Below are positions 47,877 to 59,790 of a stretch of 64,000 nt of DNA, piece by piece (positions within the stretch are counted from its first letter, which is position 1; every line of letters starts with the position of its first letter). The stretch spans positions 62,001 to 126,000 of the forward strand of contig NW_005202427.1 of assembly GCF_000372725.1 (NCBI RefSeq). Direction: 5' to 3'. The DNA is from Emiliania huxleyi CCMP1516 (lineage: Eukaryota). The translations under genes were made by a program, and so were the position numbers. Below the pieces are notes generated by a model that saw only the letters and a program-made list of their open reading frames with translations, did no database searches and was not told the DNA's origin.

Positions 47877-48821
47877 ATGGGCTCCGGCGCCGACATTGGA
47901 GACACAGCCTCGCGCTCTCTTCTCCCAGGCGGCCTGCCTACGACGACGCCGGGGCCCAAGACGCCTCTCACCGCGCGTGCTGTCACCATCCGGTGCCTTG
48001 GTGGTGCTGTGCTGTGCATGCTCTTTCTCCTCTGGCCAGTCTTGGCGGCGGCGAGCCGCGGCGGCGGTGAGCCGCGAGGCAACGCGACGGCGACGACGAG
48101 CGGTGGGCTGCCGCACTTTGAGCTGCACTTTGAGCCGCACTTTGAGCTGCCGCGGCCATGGACTCGTGGCGCTACCATCACTGCCGTCGCGCTAATGCGC
48201 GGCCCACCAGACTCTCCGTCGGGCTTCTGTGCCGACTCGCCGAGCTGCACGGTTCGCGCGTGGAACGCCAAGGCCGGCAAGTACTCTTGTGGGCAGCGCG
48301 TGGCCTTCTTGATGTCGCGAGAGGGAGGCGGCATGGAGGAGGAGCCTGCGTGCCGCCAGATCGCGGAGAGAGAGTTTCCAGTGCAATGCAGAGGCTGCCA
48401 CCCGGACTGGCGCAAGCCGGTCTGCGACGAGAGCTGCGTCGGCAGTCCTCTCTACTCTGGCGACGGGGTCTGCGACGACGGCGGTTACGGCTCAGAGTGG
48501 TCTGCGTGCGACTATGGCACTGACTGCAGCGACTGCGGCCGCCGCGCGGACCTTCCGCTGCCACCGCCGCGCTCACCGCCATCGCCGCGGCTGCCTCCTG
48601 CGCCGCCTCGGCCGCCGTCGCCACCAGCGCCGCCGCACCCGCCCCCACGGCCGCCGGGGGCGCCGCCACCGCCACCGTCACCGCCGTCGCCGCCACCTGA
48701 ATCCCCGCCGCTGCCGCCGCCGCCGCGACCGTCTCGGCCACCACCGTCGCCGGCGACGCCCGTGCCCGCCGACTGGCTCGCAGACCTCACCGAGTTCGCC
48801 GACTTCCTCTTTCAGCCCGAC

Positions 48822-48874
<53 letters not shown>

Positions 48875-49253
48875 GCCCCCCTCGCCGCCGCCGCCTTTTG
48901 CACCCCTGCCTCCGTATCAGCCGCCGGCGTGGTGGCGGTTCTGGGAGGAGGGCAACATGCTGCGAGGGCACGCGGCGGGCGCGGCGGGGCTGGAGGCGGG
49001 CGGGGCGGAGGAGCCTGCCGAGAAGGCCGCCTCGGGCTGCTTTTTCAACCACCGGTGGACCTTCCCGTGCGCCTCCGCGCCGCCGCCCCCTCGCCGATTT
49101 GCGAGCTCGCGGCCGCCGCGCCAGCAGCACGTTGTCAGCCAGAAAGGCGCATGGACACATCCATTCGCAGCGGCGCAGGAGCAGACGGATTCTAAGGCGA
49201 AGTTTGTTGAGCAAGGGGGCACGCTGCAGGAGGGGGGCGCGGGCCGGCGCTGA
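47877..49253 (+). CDS. Pro-rich extracellular/membrane protein with Cys-rich modules
   Basis: Hydrophobic segment near the N-terminus; CGQRVAFL..C..C module; CDDGGYGSEWSACDYGTDCSDCG; long PPS tracts. Confidence 0.65.
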
Positions 49254-49560
49254 GAGTGAGACGCAGAGACGGCAAGCGTGTGTGTATCCCGTGTCCCATC
49301 TGGGACTGGTTCGCGGTGGGTTCGGCGGGCGTTTTTACTATCTTTCTGGGTCTTTTCAAAAAACTTTTTCTCTTGGAGCACTTGAAACTTGGAGCACTTG
49401 CGACTTGGAGTGCCGGGAGCTGAGGCGGACCGGTCCGAAATTTTTCTTCTTTTCTGTCTCTCACCTGGCGAGCACTTGGAGCACTTGGAGTGCAGTCGGT
49501 AACCTCACATCCAGGCGAGGGCCGGGCTGAGGCCTGAGAGAGACAGCCGAGTCGTTGTAC

Positions 49561-50001
49561 ATGCATAGCCTCCTCCTAGCTGCGGCGTGCGTCATGCTTC
49601 CTACGCACTTGGCGCTGCACCACATAAACCCGGCTCGCGCTGCTCCTCCACGGATGGGGCTGTTCGACTCTCTGAGAGAGGCGGCGCGAGAGGTGACGGT
49701 GCAGCACATCCTCGTAAGCAAGCAGGCGGACGCCCTCGAGATTTACGATGCTCTTCTCGCAGAGGGCGGCACTTCGGAGGCAGTTTCCAAAGTCGCCTCA
49801 GAACGCAGCCTCTGCGGCTCGGCTCGGAAGCGACCTGACGCCAAGTTGGCGCAGCTGAGAGGCAAGCCCGGAGAGCTGCGCTTTCGCCGCGGGTCGATGG
49901 ACCCAGAATTCCAGCGCGCCGCCTTCGAGGCGGCACCAGGGACACTGGTTGCGCCCTTCAGGTCGCAGTCGGGCTGGCACGTCATGCTGGTGAACGAGTG
50001 A
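49561..50001 (+). CDS. PpiC/parvulin-type peptidyl-prolyl isomerase, probably plastid-targeted
   Basis: QHILV, SLCGS, GELRFRRGSMDPEF, PFRSQSGWHV; signal peptide. Confidence 0.85.
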   Translation: MHSLLLAAACVMLPTHLALHHINPARAAPPRMGLFDSLREAAREVTVQHILVSKQADALEIYDALLAEGGTSEAVSKVASERSLCGSARKRPDAKLAQLRGKPGELRFRRGSMDPEFQRAAFEAAPGTLVAPFRSQSGWHVMLVNE

Positions 50002-50210
50002 TCTGTTGCGCGGAGTCAGACGAATGAGAACCACCTCTGTGTCGAACCTCTGCGCTCGTGCGTCGCCCGTGGAGATGCCTGCTCTATTTATTTGCGCGAT
50101 AGACTTTAGATGAAAGAGCGTTCTCGACTCCTCGACTCGAGCCACTCCGATCTCCGTGGGCGTGGCACACCTCGTGGCACTCAGGTGTGTGGTCATATAT
50201 GCATTGAGGT

Positions 50211-52426
50211 TTGACCCGCCCCCTACACACAGTTATTGTTATGGTGTTATGGCTCTCTGGGCATAGCAGCCCATAATATGTGATGGGTGTTATGGGTGTT
50301 ATGGGGCCGGGCCCATAACAGCCATAACACCCATAACATGTTATGGGCTGCTAAGCTATGAGAGGGCCGTCTCCCGGGTCCACTGAGCCCTGGTCTGACA
50401 GCCTGGCAGCAAACCGCCCCGGACAGCGCCTGACAGTGCCCGACAGCCTGACAGCGCTGACAGCACTTTCTCTGACAGTCTGACAGCACGTATCTGACAG
50501 CCTGACAGCAGAGCCTGACAGGCGAGGCGCTCCGTCGCTGTCAGACCCTAACGTGACAGCCTGAGACAGCTGCCTGACAGCCCGACAGCACACAGTGGCC
50601 TGACAGCAGCGCTGACAGCCCGACAGCAGCACAGACCATACACAGTCAGACCCCCCCCGTAGAGCCTCTTTCTTGTGCCCCATGAGGGTATAACAAAACT
50701 ATTACATGCAAAGACATGTACATGTGAGTGTGGTCCATCTAGTCATGGGATGGTCATGGGTCTCTCTCTCAACCCTCCCGCCCCACCTCTGCGGACCCCT
50801 CTCTAGCACCGGCGGCTGTGCTACTACAAATGAAGCTACCAGCTAGCCTTCTGGGGCCCTACAGTCATATGCCTACGGCGTCTGGGTCACTGGGTGGGGG
50901 TGGCCGCCGCCGTCTGTGCCGCCGCCGCGGCCTGCGCCTGCGCCGCCATCTGCGCTCCCCAGGCGGCCGCCCCTGCCGGCGTGATCACGCCGTAGGAGGG
51001 GGGCAGCTGCGTACCCGCTGGTCTCCTCTTGATAGTGTCATAAGTGTGGCTGGTGTGTATCAGAGCCTGACAGCACCCCGACAGCTAGGGCAGCCCGACA
51101 GCACCACCTGACAGCACCTGACAGTAACAGCCCAACGTCTGACAGCAGCAGCAGCCTGACAGCTCTGACAGCTCCGACAGCGTCTGACAGCAACACCCGA
51201 CAGCTCCGACAGCACCCGACAGCTACAGAGCCCCTCGCCTGTCAGACACGCACCCGACAGCACCCGACAGCACTGACAGCACCTGACAGCTGGTCTGACA
51301 GAGGCACCTGACAGTGCCTGACAGCTGCCCGACAGCCCGACAGATCACCTGACAGCACCTGACAGCCTGACAGCCAGGGCTCAGCGGGTCCACGGTGTTA
51401 TGTGGCCCGAGAGGCCACACCGAAGTGCTCGCCGCTGGAATTTTCGCTTCGCGCGCTGCCGCGCGCGAGGTTCGGCATCGATCGCCAAATATGTTCTCTT
51501 TTGCCCTCAAGTTAAATTCAATAACATCAACCTGCCTCCTGAGGCTGAGCGATGGCTTCAGATTGCTCAATCAAGACCCCCCCCCCCTTCACGCAATTTG
51601 CTTCTTGTTTCTAGCTCGTACTCTCTGCAGCTCTGCACTTCTGCACGCTTTCCCTCCGTTTTTAACTTGTATGTCTTTCCCGCAATTTAACTCACGTCCT
51701 TTTTCTTTCCTTTCACTACATGCACATGTACATGTCTCGAGGTTTCTAAAAAGTGGAAGCTGGCTGCTCCCGCTTTTTAGTAGTTAAAGCTCCGTGCGCG
51801 CCAGTCCCGTGCCAGTGTCGTGCGAGGGAGTTTGTTGTAAAACTCTTGCTCATCGCGCGATCGATGGATGGATGTTGCTGCTTTCCGCGTTGCTGATGCC
51901 CTGCACTCCTTTCCGGATCGGGCCGACCCGTATCGAAGGTGAGCTGGCAGAGTTAGAGCAGGCTGCTGAGCAGGCCGGGCTCGACGGTGTGAGGTTGCCA
52001 TTCGAGCTGGACCTGGTCCCGGCGATGTTTCAGCATCTCCTCTCGACCGGCGCGCTCAACCGGCGACATGTTCTCTATCAATCGGTCGATCGCTTTTGTG
52101 CAGAGGCGCTCGGGCTTGAATCAGAGCTATGGAGAGCTGACCCGTCGCGGCGGGGCTCCAAAAGAAAAATCCGTGGGACACATAACAGCTGTTATGAGGT
52201 TATGCTGGCTGTCATAACAACCAGTGGGATGTGTTATGAGTGTTACGAGGTGTTATGAGGTGTTATGAGGTGTTATGGTAGGGTGGGCATAACAGCCATA
52301 ACAGCGATGGAGGTGTTATGAGGTGTTATGAGGTGTTATGAGGTGTTATGGGGTGTTATGAGCAGCCACCCAGCCTAACAGCCATAACACCTGTTATGGC
52401 CGCTCCCATAACCTTGTCTGGGGTCA
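50211..52426. mobile_element. Element with cataac/gttatg subterminal arrays, short TIR and 6-bp TSD
   Basis: tgaggt|ttgaccc ... gggtcaa|tgaggt; gttatg arrays at 50230-50350 and 52180-52410. Confidence 0.55.
50383..51384. mobile_element. Nested CTGACAG-array element with 11-bp TIR and 8-bp TSD
   Basis: cgggtcca|ctgagccctgg ... ccagggctcag|cgggtcca; dense ctgacag/ccgacag arrays at both ends. Confidence 0.85.
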
Positions 52427-52466
52427 ATGAGGTGCGCTGAGGTGGCACTCTCGGCATACAGAAACC

Positions 52467-53556
52467 GAGAAAGAAAGAACAGACAAGGGGAATGGAGGAC
52501 GGCACGCCGCCACCACCACTGGGAATTTAAGGAGAGGAGTGTTGCTAGCCGTCGCCCACCCTTCTTTAAGAAGCCTTCTCTAGCCACCCTTGCGCCTTGG
52601 GGGCGCCTGCCTCTTCGCTCTTCCTATCTCTCTTCGCAGTTTCTCGCCAATTCTCGCAGCGACCTTCATGCCACCTCTCGTTCTTCCCACTCTTCTCCTC
52701 GTTCTCTCTCTCTCGTTCTCTCTCCTGCCCCGTCGTCCTCTGCCTGATGGACAGCCTGATCGCTCTCCTCGCTCTCTCATCTGCCTCGACCCTCGTTCTG
52801 CGACGACGACGACGACTGCCGATCCCTTGCTCTCTCGGCTTCTCTCGCCTCTCGGCGCAGCTCCGCTCTCCTCGCAGCACTTGGAGGCCCCTCGAGTTTA
52901 AAAAGAAAGAAAACAGACATCCCAAGGGAGGGATGGGAGGACGGCACGCCGCCACCACACAGGGATTTTAAGGAGAGGAGTGTGGTGCTAGCCCTCGCCC
53001 ACCCTAACCCTTGGTCGTCTGCCTCTTTCTATCTCCCTTCGCAGTCCCTCGCCGATTCTCGCTGCAACCCTCATGCCACCTCCGCGGTCGTCCCACTCTC
53101 GTCGTTCTCCCTCCTGTCGCTTCCTCCTCTCTCGCGTCGCTCTCGTCTGCCTCATCCTGCGACGCCGCCGCCGCCTGCCGATCCCTTGCTCTCGCCACTC
53201 GCGGCTTCTCCCGCCTTTCGGCGCAACTCCGCCCTCCTCGCGGCATATTTTGGCCCCTCGAGTTTATCAAGCTCTCCTCGCGCAAGGACGACTCTTCTGA
53301 CGCCCACTGCGATCATCTGCCGCCAAGTCATATCGTTGCTCAGGTCCACTCTCTCTTCGGACACTTGTACCTCCACCGATGATGTTGGCGCTGGGGTCCC
53401 CTTGGATGCATCGTTACAGCTGACGACGGGATTACCACTGGTGTTTCGTCCTCCTCGGTGTTTAAAGAAAGCAAGAAAGAAAACAGACATGCAAGGGAGG
53501 GATGGGAGGACGGCACGCCGCCACCACACAGGGATTTTAAGGAGAGGGGGAGTGAT
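52467..53556 (+). repeat. Repeat family A, three head-to-tail copies
   Basis: The ggaggacggcacgccgccacca core restarts at about 52495, 52935 and 53505. Confidence 0.9.
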
Positions 53557-53783
53557 GTCGGTGTAAATAAATAAATAAAAACATCGGACTTCAGCAATGA
53601 ACACTCGGACTTTCTTTTTGCCTTCACGTACCATGCATGTATGTACTCGAGTAGTCCCACAATCGCTGTCGTGGGATCGCTTGTCATCGCTTTTTGCCAC
53701 TGGTTGTGACCCCTCCCGGGCTCTTGGAGCACTTGGAGCTCTTGAGTGCGGTCATTAACCTCACATCCAGGGCCGGGTTTGGG

Positions 53784-54785
53784 ATGACCAAGCGGCTCGA
53801 CCGGCTCCTCTCCCTCATCCGAGACGCCTCGCGGGCGCGCTTCCTCGGCTCGCGCTCGTTCTCGCACGAGCTCGAGGCGAAGCACGTGCAGCAGGTGACT
53901 CAGGGTGGCGGCTTCACCGCCTTTGGCGACGACGGAACGCTCACCTTCGAGTACCGGGTCCCGGAGCGCGTCTGCTTCCGCGGCGACTCGTACCTTCCCC
54001 TCTCGGTTCTGCTCGCCATCGTGGACGAGGTCACGAGCTGGGCGTCGGTCGGCGTGGACCCAGCTCGGCGGCCGGGCGTGTCGATCGACCTCAACGCCGC
54101 CCTCGCCGCCGGTCGTGTGCCGCCGCGCGCGGGCGACCATCTCGTCTTTCTGGCGCGTTCACGACGTATGGGCCGCACGCTGGGCTTCCAGACCTGCGAA
54201 GTGCGGACCGGGTCTGGTGAGCTGGTGGCGACGGCCAGACACACCAAGCTACTCGATATGGGGAGGGCTTGGGGGATCGCGTTTGGTGCCGGGTTTGACC
54301 TCACACGAGGGCTCCTGCGCGCCTTCGGCTCAGTCGACCGGCCGCTGCCGACACTCTCACCGACCATCGGAGACCTTCTCCGGCCCGAGGCATGCGAGGT
54401 GGAGGGCGAGGCCGGCGGGGTGGGCAGAGCGATGGAGAGGCACAGGGTGGAAGGGGGCATGCTCAATGAGGTGGGCCTCCTCTTCGGGGGCTGTCAGGCG
54501 CTGCTGCACGAGCGGGCGGCGGGTTTGGCGGCGGATTGCGCTGTCGGACACGGCGGATTGGTGCTCGGAGCCATGTCCGTCACCTATTTGGCGGCCGCCA
54601 AGCGCGGCCAATCCGTCGAGGCTCGCGCCACAGCCCGCGCTGCGTGGGGCGGCGAAAGCACGTCGGGGCTTGTGGCCACCTCCTGTCTTATGGCGGGCAG
54701 CGGGAAGGCGGACAAGGTGGTGTCCGAGGCGAGGATGCGATTCCATCACGTCGCGGCGGCGGGAGCACGCGGTAGCATGCGGTAA
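53784..54785 (+). CDS. Double hotdog-fold thioesterase (PaaI/ACOT13-like)
   Basis: LAIVDEVTS...PGVSIDL...GRTLGF...LVATARHTK; second repeat LNEVGLLFGGCQALLHE. Confidence 0.8.
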   Translation: MTKRLDRLLSLIRDASRARFLGSRSFSHELEAKHVQQVTQGGGFTAFGDDGTLTFEYRVPERVCFRGDSYLPLSVLLAIVDEVTSWASVGVDPARRPGVSIDLNAALAAGRVPPRAGDHLVFLARSRRMGRTLGFQTCEVRTGSGELVATARHTKLLDMGRAWGIAFGAGFDLTRGLLRAFGSVDRPLPTLSPTIGDLLRPEACEVEGEAGGVGRAMERHRVEGGMLNEVGLLFGGCQALLHERAAGLAADCAVGHGGLVLGAMSVTYLAAAKRGQSVEARATARAAWGGESTSGLVATSCLMAGSGKADKVVSEARMRFHHVAAAGARGSMR

Positions 54786-56142
54786 ATAAAGAAATAAAAC
54801 GGAAACCTCTAGGAGATGGGTGAATAGGAACAGCCCCCCCCACCCCCCCCGGCATGCGGTACTTTTTTCTACTCGATGAAATATATAAGATTGAGAAAGT
54901 GTGGTATGTGGCTGTGCGCTGCACTCAGTCGCGCTCCCAATACGTGCATCACTTTTGTGACAGGTCTCAGACTTTGAGCGGCCATATCTCGGTAAACTAT
55001 TGTGTATTGATGGTCCACCTCTGGGGGGGCGCGAGGGCCCTAGAGGACACCCATGCGGGGGGGAGATGGGGTCCCATGGCCCGCAACAGGCGCCGGTTTT
55101 ACGATTTTTTTCTTTTTTCACTTGTTTTCATGGGAATTCGGCGTACTTGCGGCCATGCTATCACGCCTTGCGACAGCCTGTCGGCGCAGCTGACCGTGTC
55201 ATGCTGCACAATTGATCACCCGCATAGCTCGCGGCCTTAGTATCCAGCATTCAGTGACGACCTGATCGTACGGCCAGTAGGAAGGTGTCCTTCCAGCTGC
55301 GTGCACGCTTCTGACGCAATGCCCGTCACAAACTGCCTCGGATTGGCTGCTGGCACTCTCGAGGCTATGCCTACACAGCCTCGCGCGCATGGGCAGTCAA
55401 GAGGGACCACGCAGCCCACCTTCTCAGGACAGCGCCGGTGCCTCTCTCTTGGACCGGCAAACTTGGTGGTCTCGTGTCACCAATGTGGGACCAGTGCAGC
55501 ATGTCGCGGCAGACGACGGTGAGGCGGAGCAGTCGTGCAGGGCGAGACGAGGGAGGGAGCAGGATGTTGCGGAGATCAGCAGGAGGATGTACGGACGAGA
55601 TTAGGTGTCCCTCTCCGGGGCGCGGGGGGGGCTGGGGCGGGGGGCGGGGGGCGGGGGCGGGGGCGCTGCGACTGGCCGACTGCACGAGAGTGTGCATGCA
55701 GCGACGCCCCTCAAAGCCTCAATGCAGATGCTTTTAGCCTCCCTCTCAGAACTCATACAGCTCTCTCTACTTTCCCTGTGTGGGGAAGTGCTGCGTGAGA
55801 GCTCTCTCGATTCGCGTATCTCGCGAACGCCGCCTCTGCTCTCGAGCGCCCCCCCCCTCTAAAAACGTTGTTTTTTTCTCCTGCGAGGCTGTGTTCCTCT
55901 TCACACACTTCTCAGAGGACAGGTTCCAGGAGCCCGTGCCCCACGCGCCACGGGGTGGCGACAAAAAACGAAGTCGTCGCGGGGTACCGCTACCGGGCGC
56001 GCCCGCGCCCCGCGCGGTTTTTTCTGACCCCATTCTGAGAGAAAACGGGCCAGACGCCTACACTGGTACGTGTCGGCCGAGCCCCCCCCCCCTCCCTAGT
56101 AGATGTTCGATGTTCGGGATACGGCGGCCGCGCGCAGCGAAC

Positions 56143-56995
56143 TCACATCTTAGCGACCATGTCAGCGGTGTAGCCCAGCTTTTGCAGCGTGGAGCCGTCC
56201 TTCAGCTCCTTCTCGTTGCGCGGCCCGCACAGCGCGGCGTACATGCCCGGCAGCCCGCACACGAAGACGAGCGTGTCCTCCGCAGGCGGGAAGGCGTGCT
56301 TTTTGAGCTTGGCCTCGTCGACCCACCCCGTCTCGGCCGTGTACGTTGGCGTGTCGGCCCAGCCGGGAGGCGCCGGGTCGTCGGGCTGGTTGCCGACGAC
56401 GTGCACGATCTTGAGCCGGCCCGCAGACCTGCTTGCCCAGCCGTCGAGCTCCTCCTTGAGCAGGATGTCCTCGGGGCTCTTGTTTCCATAGATGAGCGTC
56501 ACCTTCCGGTTGTCGCCCTCGGTGCCCATCAGCTTCCACAGCGCCTGGTACATGGGCGCGATGCCCGTGCCCGCGGCGATGAGCGTGAACGTCGTCTTGC
56601 CTGCGAACGGGTACTGGGCCTTGATGTTGAATTTGATGTGCTTGAAGCTCACCTCGGCACCGATCGGCAGCGCGTGCAGGTACTGCGAGACGGCGCCACC
56701 GTCGTACCGCTTGATGAGCAGGTCAAACTTGCCCAGCACGCTGTTGTCGCTCACCGTACGGGCGGACCGCGTCTGAGCCGTCAAAGTCGTCCTTGCCACC
56801 GTCCGCCTTGCGGCCTTTGCCCGGCGCGAGGAGCAGTATGCAGGCGCACACGGGCAGGTTGAGCGACTGGCCCTCGGGAAGGCCAAAGGAGTAGAGCGTG
56901 CTGTCGTAGTTGTACTCCTTCTTCGCAAGCAGCGGCAGCGCGAGCCATGACGTCGGGAGGTAGCAGCTGGAGCAGTGGTCGAGGGGCTCTGACAT
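56143..56995 (-). pseudogene. NADH-cytochrome b5 reductase-like gene with a frameshift
   Basis: LNLPVCACIL, AVRPY, then a frame change to VSDNSVLGKFDLLIKRY, AAGTGIAPM, VCGLPGM. Confidence 0.8.
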
Positions 56996-57048
56996 CGGCG
57001 CGAGGAGAGTCAGGACGGAAAATTTCTTGTCCCTCGTTCGTAGGGCGT

Positions 57049-57166
57049 CCCAGGGTGGGCGACGGCTAGCGCATCACACCCTCCTCTCCTTAAAATCCCT
57101 GTGTGGTGGCGGCGTGCCGTTCTCCCATCCCTCCCTTGGGTTGTGTGTTTTCTTTCTTTCTTTCTT
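57049..57166 (-). repeat. Repeat family A, copy 6
   Basis: Reverse complement of the family core. Confidence 0.9.
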
Positions 57167-57294
57167 CGGGTTCCGGTGGCGACGCGCAGAACATCAACAA
57201 CTGCTCGCAACACATGCGTGTCGCGCACTAAAACCTCCTTGGGAATGCTCTTGGGATTTGGCACGTGGGTGCTGGGGGGGGCGACAGGGAGGAT

Positions 57295-57470
57295 GTGGCC
57301 CTGAGTTATGTGTACGCCAACTAACTCTGGGTGTGTGGCAGCCAGCTGTGGCTGTGTGTCTTGTGAGCCTGTTTGTGTCTGTGTGTCGCTCGTGCGTGCC
57401 GTCATCATCTGTCGAGCGTCCACCCATGCCGCGTTGGTGTCCAGTCCGAGCCTGACTGTTCTTCACCTTT
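57295..57470 (+). repeat. About 175-bp segment duplicated at about 61446-61642
   Basis: tggccctgagttatgtgtacgccaact...ccagtccgagcctg.ctgttcttcacctt present in both. Confidence 0.85.
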
Positions 57471-57565
57471 CTTGAGCACTTGAAATTCGGTACGGCAAAT
57501 GTTCGTCAAAGGGAAGAAAAGAAACACATTACCCCGCCGTCGCACCGACAAGCACCGACAAGACC

Positions 57566-58901
57566 ATGTCCTGGCTGCTGATCGCGATCTCCGCCGCGTT
57601 TATCGCTGGTCCGTGCTCAGCGCGTCACTGGCACCCGCCTGGTGCTCTGAATCCGCGTCCGCGCCTGGCGGTCGCCTGTGCCACAGACTCGAAGGGCCTC
57701 GGCGTCGCTGACGTGGCCGCTGCGGACGCTGCTGCGGATGGTGGTGTCGCCGCCACAGCAGCCGCAGGCTGGCGCGGCCCACTGCATGCTGCTGGCGTCC
57801 TATGGCGCTTCTCGAGGCCGCACACCCTCATCGGCTCCGCCCTGTGCATCCCCGCACTCTCTCTGTACGCCGCGCCGCCCGGCGCCGCCATCTCGAGTGC
57901 AGTGTTCGTGCCGCTGGTGCTGTACGCGATGGTGCCCTCCCTGCTCGTCAACGTGTACATCACCGGGCTCAACCAGCTCTTCGACATCCCCATCGACCGC
58001 GTCAACAAGCCCACCCTGCCCCTCGCCTCCGGCGAGATGTCGCCGGCCGTTGGCGCAGCCACGGTGCTGCTCTGCCTCGCCGGCGGCCTCGCCCTCGGCT
58101 GGGCCTTCCCGCCGCTGTGCAGCCCGGCGCTGCGCGCGACGCTGTGCGGCTCGGCCCTCCTCGGCACCGCCTACTCCTGCCCGCCAGTCCGCCTCAAGCG
58201 CTCTCCCCTCCTTGCATCGCTCTGCATCATGTCGGTGCGCGGCGCACTCATCAACTGGGGCTTCTTCGCGCACGCGGCGGAGGCGTACGGCGCGTCGGTG
58301 TCGACGGCGGCGCTGCAGGCCTGGCGCTGCGCCGGCCCGGTCGCCTTCTTCACACTGTTCGGTGCGCTCACACCCACACAGACGTGGGCACAGACGGATA
58401 TACACACAACACACGCACGCAAAATGGCACACGCAAACACTCGCCTCCGACTCGACGTGGCGCGCAGGCACCGTCATCGCCCTCGTCAAAGACGTGCCAG
58501 ACGTGCCCGGCGACGCGCGGTACGGCATCCGATCCTTCTCTGTCCGCGTCGGCCAGGCGCGGGTCCTCTCGCCGCACCTCGCCGCACCTCGCCGCATCTC
58601 TCACGGCTTCTTCCTCGGCCAGGCGCGGGTCCTCTCGCTCGCGACCGCTCTGCTCGGCGCAACGCTCGCGGCGGCGGCTGCCGCACTCGGCGTCGCCTCC
58701 GCCTCGGCGGCGGGGGGGGGAGCGTGGCTCGCGAGTGCGCGCCGCGCAGCCGTCGCCGTCGCGGCGGTGTGCGCGGCGCGGGCCGTGGCGCGCGAGTCCG
58801 CTGCGGTGGAGCCGACCGACGGGCCGTCGGTGTACGCCTTCTACATGAGGCTGTGGAAGCTGTTCTACGCCTCGTACGCCTGCCTGCCCTTTGCGCGATA
58901 G
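57566..58901 (+). CDS. Homogentisate prenyltransferase (HPT/HST, UbiA family), spliced
   Basis: RFSRPHT, GLNQLFDIPIDRVNKP, KDVPDVPGD, LWKLFYASY; introns 58362-58467 and 58557-58622. Confidence 0.92.
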
Positions 58902-59499
58902 AGGGCGCTCGTTGGGGGGGAGGCGTTCGAGCTCGCGCCGCCCCCCTCTCCTTCCCTTCCACGCGCTTAGGTCCACGACCTCCAGCGGGGGAGGGATACG
59001 TCGACACATCTCAACAGCTACGTACGAGTAGCTGTCGCGTTCCTGCATTCTGGGGGCAAGCGCGAGTCCATTTCGGACGCTAACACAGGGAACAGCTGGC
59101 GCGAGCCCATTCGCATTCCCCAGCTTCCCCTTCGGTCGATCGCGCCTCTGTACAGTGATGTCAGTCGAGTGTCTCTCTCTCTCTCGAGTCTCGTGAAATA
59201 TTTACTACGGACTCTATATCTGTGGACCTATACATAGAAGCTAGAACTGGACAGACAACCTACCGTGTAGCGATGACTCCGAGAGACTCGGTCTGGGCCG
59301 TCTGGAGTCGCCTCGCGGACCACAGTCCACAGCCCTAACAGCCCCCCCCACTTGGGCCAGGTACCAATTTTGTCGAATTTATTTCAAAATCTGCAGGCGC
59401 GGAGCGCCTGCAAAAATTTTGAAGAAATTTGCAGTCGGGCCTGATTTTCATCAAGATCTTTCAAATTTGCGGTGTGGAGTTGGGGGGTGTGGGTTAGGT

Positions 59500-59790
59500 T
59501 AGGGTTATTAGGGTTAGAGGGTTTAGGGTTAGGGTTAGGGTTAGGGGTAGGGTCTGGTTGTGTCTGTATATGCCAGCGTTGCAGGGTTCTGCGCTGGGAT
59601 CTGGCCGCACAGCGCCGACGACTAAGACTCAGCCCCACACGCTGACCTACGGCTTTAGGGTTAGGGTTAGGGTTAGGGTTAGGGTTAGGGTTAGTCTTCT
59701 TGCTTGTGTTTGTATGCCAGCGTTGCAGAGTTCTGCGCTGGGATCTGGCCCCAGCGCCGACGAGTAAGACTCAGCACCGCACGCTGACCC
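59500..59790 (+). repeat. Interstitial (TTAGGG)n tracts, each followed by a shared unit of about 85 bp
   Basis: Tracts at about 59501-59550 and 59655-59694; tgtatgccagcgttgcag...ggatctggcc...aagactcagc follows both. Confidence 0.85.

Noticed and set aside
54809..56105. Possible element flanked by ctaggagatg/ctagtagatg
   Set aside because: The duplication is mismatched and there is no convincing TIR.
56750..56760. Programmed frameshift or micro-intron in b5 reductase
   Set aside because: Conserved residues are missing rather than extra sequence being present, and no slippery site is visible.
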